NCBI GenBank assembly: GCA_900322215.1
Contig: ONYW01000005.1
Coordinates: 1-63,222 of the forward strand
DNA: 63,222 nucleotides
Reading direction: 5' to 3'
Source of the DNA: an uncultured Eubacteriales bacterium
GTDB taxonomy: Bacteria > Bacillota > Clostridia > Christensenellales > CAG-917
Of the stretch, positions 1 through 9,363 are shown in pieces. A model generated the notes under the pieces. The model did no database searches, was not told the origin of the DNA, and was given only the letters and a program-made list of their open reading frames with translations. Every line of letters begins with the position of its first letter. Position 1 is the first letter of the stretch. Both the position numbers and the translations under genes were made by a program.

Positions 1-1224
1 GCGGACTTTGCGCTCGTCGCCTCTTTGGACGACGTGGCGTGGCTCTTTAATCTTCGCGGTGACGACATAAGATACAACCCCGTCAACTATGCGTACGCGC
101 TCGTGGGCGACGGACACGCAATTCTCTATATCGATTCCGCAAAACTCTCGCTTGAAATCTACAAAGCACTCGAAGCGTGCGGTGTGACGATTCGCCCGTA
201 CGACGCGGTGTACGACGACGTAAAAGCGATTCGCGGGACTATACTCGTGGACGAGGGCAAGACGAACTATGCTTTGAGCCTCTGCCTCAAAGACAAAAAG
301 GACGCGAGCGTCTTCCCGACGACCTTGAGAAAAGCGATAAAAAACAGCGTGGAAATCGAGAACAGCAAGCAGGCTCAACTTGAAGACTCCGTCGCAATGG
401 TAAAGTTTATGCGCTGGCTCAAAACGAACGTCGGCAAAATCGAAATGGACGAGATAAGCGTTTCCGACAAGTTGGAAGCCTTCCGCAAAGAGAGCCCGAA
501 GTTTGTCGAACTCTCCTTTGATACGATTTGCGGCTATATGGCAAACGGAGCGGTCATTCACTACTCCGCAACGCCCGAAACAAGCAAGAAGGTCGAGGCA
601 CGCGGGTTGCTCCTCGTGGACAGCGGTGCGCAATACCTCTACGGCACGACGGACATCACGAGAACGTTTGCGCTCGGAAAGTTGTCGGACGATATGCGCC
701 ACGACTTTACGCTCGTGCTCAAATCTCATATCGCGCTCGCCCGAGCCGTCTTCCCTACAAACACCTACGGCGTGGCTCTCGACCTCGTCGCGCGCGAACC
801 TATGATAAGAGAAGGCAAAAACTTCCGTCACGGCACGGGACACGGCGTCGGCTACCTCTTGAACGTCCACGAAGGACCGCACAACATCAGTCCGAGAGTC
901 AGTTGGGCATACCACACCTCTCCGATAAAGCCCGGAATGTTCGTCACGGACGAGCCTGGCATTTATATCGAAAACGAATACGGCATCAGACACGAGAACA
1001 TCTTGCTTTGCGTCAAAAACGGCGAGAACGAATACGGCGAGACTTTCCGTTTCGAGCCTATCACCCTCGTGCCGTTCGACCTTGACGCAATAAACGCGGA
1101 CGAACTCTCGGCAGAAGAAAGGGCGTGGCTCAACGACTACCACAAGACCGTCTTTGAAAAGGTCTCCCCGCTTCTTGACGACGAACACAAAGAGTACCTA
1201 AGACACGTCACCCGCGCTATATAA
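1..1224 (+). CDS. Xaa-Pro aminopeptidase (aminopeptidase P, M24B family), 5'-truncated by the window edge
   Basis: M24 metal-binding motifs LVDSGAQY..GTTDITRT, HGTGHGVG..LNVHEGP, TDEPGIY and GIRHEN; the frame is open from base 1. Confidence 0.93.
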   Translation, partial: ADFALVASLDDVAWLFNLRGDDIRYNPVNYAYALVGDGHAILYIDSAKLSLEIYKALEACGVTIRPYDAVYDDVKAIRGTILVDEGKTNYALSLCLKDKKDASVFPTTLRKAIKNSVEIENSKQAQLEDSVAMVKFMRWLKTNVGKIEMDEISVSDKLEAFRKESPKFVELSFDTICGYMANGAVIHYSATPETSKKVEARGLLLVDSGAQYLYGTTDITRTFALGKLSDDMRHDFTLVLKSHIALARAVFPTNTYGVALDLVAREPMIREGKNFRHGTGHGVGYLLNVHEGPHNISPRVSWAYHTSPIKPGMFVTDEPGIYIENEYGIRHENILLCVKNGENEYGETFRFEPITLVPFDLDAINADELSAEERAWLNDYHKTVFEKVSPLLDDEHKEYLRHVTRAI

Positions 1225-1249
1225 GTTGCCATTTGCTGTGAGCAAATGG

Positions 1250-1345
1250 AATGATGTAGATTGCGGAGCAATCAATGATGTAGTGAACGTTGTTCACAAT
1301 GATGTAGCGGACTTCGTCCACAATGATGTTGCAAACTGCGTTTGC
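1250..1345. repeat. Four-unit 24-bp-period array: constant AATGATGT(A/T) linker plus variable hairpin
   Basis: Linkers at 1250, 1274, 1298 and 1322, followed by gattgc-gga-gcaatc, gtgaac-gtt-gttcac, gcggac-ttc-gtccac and gcaaac-tgc-gtttgc. Confidence 0.9.
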
Positions 1346-1481
1346 AGTTGAGGAGTAATTTATACTTTACGCTTTTGCGAAGTAAAAACATTCAATATTT
1401 TGCAAAAACACGGTGTTTATATATGCAAAAACGAGCGATAAACGCTCGTTTTTGTTTTGTTTTGCTATAATGTTTCTCGTC

Positions 1482-1721
1482 TCAGGCAAGTTGATTTATG
1501 CGCTTCTTCGTGACGAAATATCTGACTTCGCCGATCAAGAAGATCAAACTTGCAACTACGAACATTGTGATGCCGATGCCTACGCCGACGCTACCCGGAA
1601 CAAGGAAATAAAACGCAAGTCCGATAGAGAAAGCAAGGAATGCAACAAGCAAAAAGATGATCATAACGTTCGTATTTGAAAGTTCCGCCATCTTCTTTCC
1701 AAGAGTTTCGTTGTTGTACAT
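1482..1721 (-). CDS. Small two-TM membrane protein, hypothetical
   Basis: AAAGGAGG RBS upstream of the ATG; two hydrophobic segments. Confidence 0.75.
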   Translation of the reverse strand: MYNNETLGKKMAELSNTNVMIIFLLVAFLAFSIGLAFYFLVPGSVGVGIGITMFVVASLIFLIGEVRYFVTKKRINQLA

Positions 1722-1897
1722 ATTCTCTGCACCTCCTTTTCGATAGTTTGCGCAAAGAAAACAAATATATGCTCTTTTCTCGTTTTTTGAATATTGAAAA
1801 CAATTTGCAAAAAGTCCGTGTTGCTTATGCTTGCACGTCCGCGCAAGACAAATTCAAATACGGAAAATAATGCCCGCGCTCGGGCAGGAGAAGCAGT

Positions 1898-3022
1898 TCA
1901 AAACCTTGAAAGAAAGTCGAAAATCCCCGCCATCGCGATCTTCGTGATACGGAGCGCCTGAACGACAGCGAACGCATGGACGGCGTATCTTCCCTCCGCG
2001 TGATAGTGTTCGAGGCTTACGCCGCAGTCGTAAAGTTTTTTTACGAAGTCGAAGGTGAGAACGGCGAGTTTGTCGTTTTCACCTGATATGGCAAACGTCG
2101 GCGGAAAGTCCTTTGTCACCCAGTATATCGGCGAAATTTGCTTTTTCATATCGTCGTCAAGGTCTTTCACCTCAACCCCTCCGCAGTAGGACTGAGTGTA
2201 GATGCCGATGTTCTTAAAGCCAGTCGTGGTCGCCTTTTCCATGTCGTACACGCCGCAGTTGAGCACAAGTCCCTTTATCTTTTGATGACGGGAACGCTCG
2301 TCGAGGTCAAAGAGGGCGTTGTACTCGGGATTTGTGGAGATCGCGCCCGCCATAGCCGAGAGGTGCGCGCCCGCGGATTCTCCGCCGACGTAGATTTCGT
2401 CCATGTCGATGTTGTACTCCTCAGCGTGGTCTTTCAGCCAGGCGAACGCCTTGTAGACGTTTTCTATCATCTTCGGGTGCGAATACATAGGCGCTTCGCC
2501 GTAATAGATACTCGCTACAAAAAATCCCTTCTCCGCAACGCGAGTGGTAAATCCCTCGCGGGTGCCCGGGTAGCCGCCTATCCAGCCGCCTCCGTGAATG
2601 TAGACGAAGACTTTTGCCTTTTTGCTCTTGTCTCTGTCCTTGCGCTCGTAGATGTTGAGATACATGCGCTTGTCGTTTTCGTCATAATGCACAAAGCGCG
2701 TAGTGCGCACCTTGCGCGACTTGTTTGCGTTAAATATCGTAAGCAGTCCGACGAGTTCGTTCTTCACGTGACCGCCGAAGACGTAGGCGTATTTGACGTC
2801 ATATGCCGCCCGTTTTGCCGCACGCTTTGCGCGCTTCACCATCTTGCGGGTGTTTGATTGAAGTTTTGCCTCGAACTCTTCCCTTGCGATTTTGTTTTCA
2901 AGCTCCTTGCGCCTGAGTTCGAGTTGGACGTGCTTAAAGTCGAAGAGCCTGCGCTTTTCGCTCTCCGTCATGTTCTTATTCGTGAGGAACTTCTTGCCCG
3001 TGTAATCAATTTTTCGCTTCAT
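1898..3022 (-). CDS. Alpha/beta hydrolase (HSL-family esterase) with basic N-terminal extension
   Basis: HGGGW oxyanion motif, GESAG nucleophile elbow, ENDKL Asp and VHAF His. Confidence 0.9.
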   Translation of the reverse strand: MKRKIDYTGKKFLTNKNMTESEKRRLFDFKHVQLELRRKELENKIAREEFEAKLQSNTRKMVKRAKRAAKRAAYDVKYAYVFGGHVKNELVGLLTIFNANKSRKVRTTRFVHYDENDKRMYLNIYERKDRDKSKKAKVFVYIHGGGWIGGYPGTREGFTTRVAEKGFFVASIYYGEAPMYSHPKMIENVYKAFAWLKDHAEEYNIDMDEIYVGGESAGAHLSAMAGAISTNPEYNALFDLDERSRHQKIKGLVLNCGVYDMEKATTTGFKNIGIYTQSYCGGVEVKDLDDDMKKQISPIYWVTKDFPPTFAISGENDKLAVLTFDFVKKLYDCGVSLEHYHAEGRYAVHAFAVVQALRITKIAMAGIFDFLSRF

Positions 3023-3065
3023 AACTTGAAAAAACCTCGCCTTGTTTTTGCGCGAGGTTTTGATT

Positions 3066-4475
3066 TTATGCCTTTTCTATCGTGTAGCCGTCTTTGCTAT
3101 CCTTAATTGTGTATCCCTTCTCGGATATAAGCAGTCGAAGACTGTCCGCCGTGCCCCAGTCTTTGGCTTTCTTTGCAGCGAAACGCTTTTCTGCAAGGTC
3201 CTTGACTTCCTGCGGAATATCGTCTTCTTCCCCGTTTTTCTCGTTTGTCTTTGCCTCGTAGTAGGCGATAAACTCGGCGGGAGCGTGACGGAAGAGCCCG
3301 AGGAGTCCGTAGGTCTCCCTTATTTGCCTTGCATCGCTGACGCAGGACGCATCCGCCGCTTTAAGTTTTTGTTTTATACGCTTAAAGTGCCCGAACAGGT
3401 CGGCAAGAGCCTTTGCGGTGTTGAAGTCGTCGTCCATAGCGCGGTTGAATTCCGCGTCGATTTCGGGGTTTCCGCCCTCCGCGACAAGCCCGGATTTGTC
3501 CACCTCGTCAAGCACCTTATAGAAGTCGTACATGTGCTTATCCGCGTCCGGGAAGAGGTTGTCTGTTATGTTGATGTCTCCGCGGTAGTTGGTCTGCAAA
3601 AGCGCGTATTTGACAGTCTCGGGCGAATACTTGTCCAAGAGGTCGGCAAGGAGAATGCTGTTGCCGAGCGACTTGCTCATCTTTTGTCCGTTGACTTTGA
3701 TGAGTCCGTTGTGAATCCAATATTTGGCAAACGGCTTGCCCGTGAGCGCCTCCGTCTGCGCAATTTCGTTCTCGTGGTGCGGGAAGATAAGGTCTCTACC
3801 GCCGCCGTGAATGTCTATTTGCTCGCCAAAAGCCGCCCTGTTCATAGCCGAACACTCTATGTGCCAACCCGGTCTGCCCTTGCCCCAAGGAGATTCCCAG
3901 TACACTTCGCCCGGCTTCGCGGACTTCCACAGCGCAAAATCAAGAGGGGTTTTCTTGTTCTCTTCGTTCTCGATACGCACGCTTTCATAGGCGTCCTCTA
4001 AGCGTCTTCCGCTGAGTTTGCCGTAGCCTTTGAAACTCTCGACCGAGAAGTATACGTCGCCCCTCTCCGTCGCATAAGCGTTGCCGTGCTCGATGAGTTT
4101 TGACACAAAGTCGATTATGTTCTCTATATTGCAGGTGGCTTTGAGCCAAATCGTAGGATCGTCCACCTCGAACTTGCGCATAAGACGGTCTATACGCTCT
4201 ATCATCATCTCCGCATATTCGAGCGCGGGAATGCCCGTCTCGTTGGACTTGGCGATGATCTTGTCGTCTACGTCCGTATAGTTGCGGGCATAGTTGACTT
4301 TGAAACCTTGCTTTTCAAGGTATTTGCGAATGATATCGTAGATGAGCGCTTGATAGGCGTGCCCTATGTGCGCGTCACCCGACACCGTGATACCGCAGGC
4401 GTACATGTTGACGACGCCCGGATTAATCGGAACAAAGTCCTCTTTTCTTCTTGTTAACGTATTATAAATCTTCAT
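3066..4475 (-). CDS. cysS: Cysteine--tRNA ligase
   Basis: [39 protein letters not shown] and KMSKS motifs. Confidence 0.98.
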   Translation of the reverse strand: MKIYNTLTRRKEDFVPINPGVVNMYACGITVSGDAHIGHAYQALIYDIIRKYLEKQGFKVNYARNYTDVDDKIIAKSNETGIPALEYAEMMIERIDRLMRKFEVDDPTIWLKATCNIENIIDFVSKLIEHGNAYATERGDVYFSVESFKGYGKLSGRRLEDAYESVRIENEENKKTPLDFALWKSAKPGEVYWESPWGKGRPGWHIECSAMNRAAFGEQIDIHGGGRDLIFPHHENEIAQTEALTGKPFAKYWIHNGLIKVNGQKMSKSLGNSILLADLLDKYSPETVKYALLQTNYRGDINITDNLFPDADKHMYDFYKVLDEVDKSGLVAEGGNPEIDAEFNRAMDDDFNTAKALADLFGHFKRIKQKLKAADASCVSDARQIRETYGLLGLFRHAPAEFIAYYEAKTNEKNGEEDDIPQEVKDLAEKRFAAKKAKDWGTADSLRLLISEKGYTIKDSKDGYTIEKA

Positions 4476-4587
4476 GGGGGTGTTCCACCCTTTGTTATAT
4501 TATTCTTTATTTGTGTCTACAACTCTGTGCGCAAGTTTTTGTTAGGAGTTGCGGAAAAATGAATCCTCAAATTGCAAACCGAACAGT

Positions 4588-4713
4588 TAAGACCGTGATA
4601 TTTGGATGAGTTGCTAGGAAGGGCGCCTTTGGAGGGAGGGCGCGTACATAGACGTACGTAACCGACTGCCAAAGACGCGCTGACAACGCAAATCGCCAAA
4701 TAGCGCGGTCTTA
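4588..4713. repeat. ERIC-like ~125-bp palindromic element, copy 1
   Basis: Terminal inverted repeats taagaccgtgatatttgg / ccaaatagcgcggtctta; core gcgtac...gtacgtaacc; right end overlaps the cysE TAA stop. Confidence 0.75.
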
Positions 4714-5388
4714 CTCTAAAGCGTTGTCTTTGTCAATACTAAGCGAATACTGACAGCAATTTATTCCCTCTTTATCCTCTAACGCTGAAAGCCGCTTGTT
4801 TATTCTTGCAAGTTCTTCAAGGATCGGATCGGGGAGCGCCTGAGACATCTCGTCTTCGACCTTTTTGCCGTTTTGACGCACGACTCTGCCCGGCACGCCG
4901 ACTACCGTCGAGTGAGGCGGAATGTCTTTAAGAACGACACTGCCCGCGCCTATCTTTGAATGCTCGCCTATCGTGACGGGGCCCAAAATGCTTGCGCCTG
5001 CCGAGACCATAACGCCTTTTTCAAGCGTCGGGTGGCGTTTGCCGCTGTCCTTGCCCGTGCCGCCGAGAGTTACGCCTTGATATAGCACGCAGTCGTCGCC
5101 GACGACGGCTGTCTCGCCGATGACAAGCCCTACGCCGTGGTCGATGAATATGCGGTTGCCGATTTCCGCCGCCGGGTGGATGTCTATGCCGGTGCGCATC
5201 TTCACCCTATAAGAAACGTAAAACGCTAAGCGCTTGAACCCCTTTTGCCAGAGTTTGTGCGCATAGCGGTAGTGTACGAGCGCCTTGTAGCCCGTATATG
5301 TACGCTTGACGAGCCTGCGACTCGTCGCCGCAGGGTCACTTTGCATAATCTTGTCTAAATCAAGTTTTAGCGCTTCGCGTATTGTCAT
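4711..5388 (-). CDS. cysE: Serine O-acetyltransferase
   Basis: [39 protein letters not shown] hexapeptide-repeat motifs. Confidence 0.96.
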   Translation of the reverse strand: MTIREALKLDLDKIMQSDPAATSRRLVKRTYTGYKALVHYRYAHKLWQKGFKRLAFYVSYRVKMRTGIDIHPAAEIGNRIFIDHGVGLVIGETAVVGDDCVLYQGVTLGGTGKDSGKRHPTLEKGVMVSAGASILGPVTIGEHSKIGAGSVVLKDIPPHSTVVGVPGRVVRQNGKKVEDEMSQALPDPILEELARINKRLSALEDKEGINCCQYSLSIDKDNALE

Positions 5389-5391
5389 AGT

Positions 5392-7407
5392 TTAGTCTTG
5401 TTTTTGCTCGTCGGAAGATGTTGAATCTTGTTTTTGCTCCGCCGCGCCCTGTTCTTCTGCTTTTGGCGCGCCTTGGTTTTCTTCAACCTTTTCTTCTACT
5501 TTTTCTTCCGCCTTATCTTCAGGTCTATTGAGTTTTGAAGAGAAGAGAGTCGCGTCGTCGGACGTTTCCTCGCCGAAGAGTTTGTTGATCTCGTCCTCGT
5601 AGATCGTCTCCTTGTCAAAGAGGAGTTTGACCATAGCGTCCATGATAGGACGATTCTCTTTCAATATATCGAGCGCGACCTTGTATTGTGCGTCCAAAAT
5701 CTTCTTGACTTCCTCGTCTATCTTTGCGGCGACGGCGTCACTGTAGTTGAGTTGCGTCTGATAGTCGCGGCCGAGGAAAACTTCTTCGCTTGCGCCGAGG
5801 TACATATTGCCGATTTCATCGCTCATACCCCACTCGGTGACCATCTTGCGAGCGAGTTGCGACGCGCGCTGAATATCGTTGGACGCGCCCGTGGAGATAT
5901 CCTCGATGACGAGTTCCTCCGCAGCACGGCCCGCGAGGAGCATTGCGATGTTGTCAAGGAGTTTGCCCCTTGTCATGTGGTTGTCGTCGTTGTCAGGAAG
6001 CGTAATCGTATAGCCTGCCGCCTGTCCGCGCGGAATGATGCTGACTTCGTGCACGCTGTCGCAATGCTTCATAAGTTTTGCGACGATCGCGTGACCGCTT
6101 TCATGATATGCGGTGATGCGCTTGTCGGACTCCGTGACGACGCGGCTCTTCTTTGCGGGGCCTGCCATAACCTTGTTTATCGCCTCGCTGATGTCCTTCA
6201 TGGTGATGAGTTTTCTATCCTCGCGAGCGGCGAGAATCGCTGCTTCGTTCAAGAGGTTTTCAATATCCGCGCCGGTAAATCCTGACGTGAGACGAGCAAG
6301 GCTCTTGAAGTTGACTTCGTCTGCGAGAGGTTTGTTCCTTGAATGGACTTTGAAGATCTCCTCTCTGCCCTTGACGTCCGGGACGTTAACATAGATTTGA
6401 CGGTCGAATCTGCCCGGTCTCATAAGAGCGGGGTCGAGGATATCGACGCGGTTTGTCGCCGCCATGACGATGATAGAACTCTCCGCCTCAAAGCCGTCCA
6501 TTTGAACGAGCAATTGGTTGAGGGTTTGCTCTCTTTCGTCGTTGCCGCCGCCGAGGCCCGCGCCTCTTTGTCTGCCCACTGCGTCGATTTCGTCTATAAA
6601 GATGATGCACGGCATATTCTTCTTGGCTTGATCGAAGAGGTCTCTCACGCGTGACGCGCCGACGCCGACGAACATCTCTACAAAGTCGGAACCGCTTATC
6701 GAGAAGAACGGAACGTTCGCCTCGCCTGCGACAGCCTTTGCAAACAAGGTTTTACCCGTGCCCGGAGGGCCGACGAGCAATACGCCGCGCGGAATGCGCG
6801 CGCCGATATCGGTGTATTTCTTCGGGTGTTTCAAGAAATCGACGATTTCTTGGAGTTCCTGCTTTTCTTCCTCCGCACCCGCTACGTCGGAAAAACGCAC
6901 CTTGATGTCTCGCACTTGGTTTGCGGAAGTCTTGCCAAAGTTGAGCGCTTGGTTGTTCGTGCCGTTTGCGCGACGGATGATGAGGACGATGATGACAAAG
7001 AACACCGCATACAAGAGGATCGGCAGAAGCGTCGTGAGCCACGCTCCGCGGGACGGATCGTTGTATTGGACTTTGAGCCCTGCTATCTTGTCCGCTATAT
7101 CCGCTTTGCCCGCCTCTTTTGCGTCGTTCGCCCACTTTGCGAGGTCGTCGCCGATTAGCGCGCGGGACGGAATGTATGCAACGTATTTGAAAGTCTTGTC
7201 GCCCGTCTTCTTGATGGATACGGAATAGGAGCCGTTGATGTAGAGGGTCTCTACCTCGCCGTTTTTGAGCATGGCTTCCAAACTACCCTCTGAACCGGCA
7301 TAATAAACCTCTTTCGGTCTCGTGAGTTCGTATGCAAGCACAAACGCCACGACAAGAACGATGATTATGCCGATGATAATGAAAATTCTTCTTGTGGATG
7401 GTTTCAT
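5392..7407 (-). CDS. ftsH: ATP-dependent zinc metalloprotease FtsH
   Basis: Two TMs, Walker A GPPGTGKT, Walker [27 protein letters not shown] zinc motif; GGAGGA RBS before ATG at 7407. Confidence 0.98.
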   Translation of the reverse strand: MKPSTRRIFIIIGIIIVLVVAFVLAYELTRPKEVYYAGSEGSLEAMLKNGEVETLYINGSYSVSIKKTGDKTFKYVAYIPSRALIGDDLAKWANDAKEAGKADIADKIAGLKVQYNDPSRGAWLTTLLPILLYAVFFVIIVLIIRRANGTNNQALNFGKTSANQVRDIKVRFSDVAGAEEEKQELQEIVDFLKHPKKYTDIGARIPRGVLLVGPPGTGKTLFAKAVAGEANVPFFSISGSDFVEMFVGVGASRVRDLFDQAKKNMPCIIFIDEIDAVGRQRGAGLGGGNDEREQTLNQLLVQMDGFEAESSIIVMAATNRVDILDPALMRPGRFDRQIYVNVPDVKGREEIFKVHSRNKPLADEVNFKSLARLTSGFTGADIENLLNEAAILAAREDRKLITMKDISEAINKVMAGPAKKSRVVTESDKRITAYHESGHAIVAKLMKHCDSVHEVSIIPRGQAAGYTITLPDNDDNHMTRGKLLDNIAMLLAGRAAEELVIEDISTGASNDIQRASQLARKMVTEWGMSDEIGNMYLGASEEVFLGRDYQTQLNYSDAVAAKIDEEVKKILDAQYKVALDILKENRPIMDAMVKLLFDKETIYEDEINKLFGEETSDDATLFSSKLNRPEDKAEEKVEEKVEENQGAPKAEEQGAAEQKQDSTSSDEQKQD

Positions 7408-7616
7408 GAATCCTCCTGACAGGATTAGTCTATGCGTACCCGAGAGTTTTAACCCTTGATTCGTCATATATAATCACATTTACAATAGTTTATTATAGAA
7501 ATTAAACGAAAAAAAGTCAACGCAATTCGTATCTGCGCCGATTATTTTCAAGTATAGAGTAGAAGAAAAATATTAAATTATTATTAAAAATTGAAAATCT
7601 TGACAATATTAACGCA

Positions 7617-7900
7617 AAAGCGAGTTTTGATTGCATGCAATCCAAGCGAGTTGCACGCTGTGCGTGCGCTAATTTTCGGGGATAAATCCCCCTCACCTAA
7701 TTGACTTGAACAAGAATATACAAAGACACGAAATATACAAAGACACGAAGTGTCCGTCGCAAGTCGTTATGGAAGAATTGTATTTTTCCGCAACTGAACG
7801 AGCAAAGCGAGAGAAAACTCGCTGAGGTTGTTTACAACTGAAAACTCGCTGAGTGTGCTTGCGCACGAAAATTAGCTGAGATTGCCTGCAGCAGGCAATC
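7617..7900. repeat. Composite repeat: two inverted arrays of AAAACTCGCT/GAAAATTAGC linkers with variable hairpins around a GACACGAAGTGTC palindrome
   Basis: Right arm: aaaactcgctgag twice and gaaaattagctgag, each followed by a hairpin; left arm carries the reverse complements (agcgagtttt, agcgagtt, gctaattttc) with different hairpins. Confidence 0.75.
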
Positions 7901-8459
7901 AGCTTGCCGCAAAAGTTGTTGCCGCCGCAACAACTTTTGCGGCATCTAACGCCATATTTTGCACGAAATCAAAGTTTACGCCCATGAGACCCAGCATAGA
8001 ATCGTCGTCGTTTTTTGCAACGACTCCAAGGAGTCCGACGTCTCCGACGCGCCTCTTTCTGCCCTTTATTGCGGCGGGACAAACTCCGTCTTTTCGCACG
8101 ACGAAACTTCCTATTTTGTCTCCGAGGCTTGCGTCTACCGCAAGAATAAGACTCCCCTTGTGCACGGTGTTTATAAAGTTCAGCCACTCGTCCATGTTTT
8201 TGCCGTTCACGGGCGTTTCAGTCGTGCCGTACACAAAGCAAGGAAGGTCAAATCTTTCCCTTAAAGCGTCGGCGACAAGCGGTGCGAATGCGTCGCCCGC
8301 GATAAGAGGCGTGCCGAAACATACGACAACCAAATCTTTTGAAAGCGACTTAGCGGCGTTTTCGTCCTGTCCGAAGGACTTGCGGGCGGTTGAAATGTGA
8401 AATTTTAGGGCTTCTAACGCGGTTTTTTGGCAAGAATTTTGTTTGAACGTGTTTTCCAT
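7899..8459 (-). CDS. YyaC/DUF1256-family (Gpr-like) spore protease homologue
   Basis: VVVCFGT...GD..AP, VYGT..PV.., ILAVDASLG and VGDVGL.GVV motifs resemble YyaC. Confidence 0.8.
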   Translation of the reverse strand: MENTFKQNSCQKTALEALKFHISTARKSFGQDENAAKSLSKDLVVVCFGTPLIAGDAFAPLVADALRERFDLPCFVYGTTETPVNGKNMDEWLNFINTVHKGSLILAVDASLGDKIGSFVVRKDGVCPAAIKGRKRRVGDVGLLGVVAKNDDDSMLGLMGVNFDFVQNMALDAAKVVAAATTFAAS

Positions 8460-8596
8460 ATATCTATTGTTGCCCAAAAATCGTGCGCTCATACACAAAA
8501 ATGATGTTGCATATTTATCTTTATTAAGTTATAATAAATTGAATAACTATAACGAAACACGCGCGCAGTAAGGCTGTGCACACACAAATTAGGCTT

Positions 8597-9349
8597 ATGA
8601 CAACACATATTCTTTCAGCAACTTTTTCTTATGCGGATATCGCGTTCCTCGCAATTCTTGTGCTCGGACTCGTCATCGGACTTATCCGCGGATTTTCAAA
8701 GTCCTTCAAGGGCTTCTTCCTTGCGGTCGCAATCATACTCGGCGCGCTTTTGCTCGTCGGGGCGCTCTTCCCGAAGGTGAGAACGATAGGCGTTTTTGAC
8801 CAACTCGACGCAAAGATAGTGGAAAGCTCTAACGGCTGGGGCGAAGCGTTCAACAGCCCGCTCTACAAAAACGAGGACGGCAGCTTCTACGTCGAAGTCC
8901 AAAGAGACGGCGAAATGCAAAAAGTCCCGCTCTCAAGCGTCGACGGCTTTAAGGGGTGGATCGCAAACTTCCTTGCTTCCAAATTCGTGACGGAAGAGGG
9001 CGTATCCCTCGGCAAGGTAGCGGCGGACTATATCACAAACCTTGTGGTCGCCGTGAGCACGTTTATACTGATATGCGTGGCGCTCGGGCTGATATGCTGG
9101 ATAATACGCAAGATATTCGCGGGCATGCACACGTCCGAGAGCGTAGCTCTCAAATCTATCGACAGGGTTCTCGGCGCGCTTATCGCCGCCGCCCTCACGC
9201 TCGTGTTCCTGCTCGTCGTGCTTGCTATCCTGCACATCTTCGACAGCAAGATAACCGTCGTCACGGACTATCTCAAAAATTCGTCCGTCACGGGCTATCT
9301 GTACGAACATAATCCGATTTCTACGGTTTTCTCAAAAATTTTCGGCTAA
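8597..9349 (+). CDS. CvpA-like membrane protein
   Basis: D.....ILVLGL..G..RGF N-terminal and IDRVLGAL C-terminal CvpA-type motifs; four TMs. Confidence 0.75.
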   Translation: MTTHILSATFSYADIAFLAILVLGLVIGLIRGFSKSFKGFFLAVAIILGALLLVGALFPKVRTIGVFDQLDAKIVESSNGWGEAFNSPLYKNEDGSFYVEVQRDGEMQKVPLSSVDGFKGWIANFLASKFVTEEGVSLGKVAADYITNLVVAVSTFILICVALGLICWIIRKIFAGMHTSESVALKSIDRVLGALIAAALTLVFLLVVLAILHIFDSKITVVTDYLKNSSVTGYLYEHNPISTVFSKIFG

Positions 9350-9363
9350 TAGTGAGGTGAGAT

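Noticed and set aside
1250-1345. CRISPR or TIGR array
   Set aside because: The constant part is only 9-10 bp, the spacers are self-complementary, there is no alternating second repeat, and no cas or tas-like gene is in the window
2138-4001. Plus-strand ORFs 2138..2857 and 3042..4001
   Set aside because: Antisense to the esterase and cysS
4476-4710. T-box riboswitch upstream of cysS
   Set aside because: No GGTGGNACCGCG T-box sequence on the minus strand; the structure there is the ERIC-like repeat
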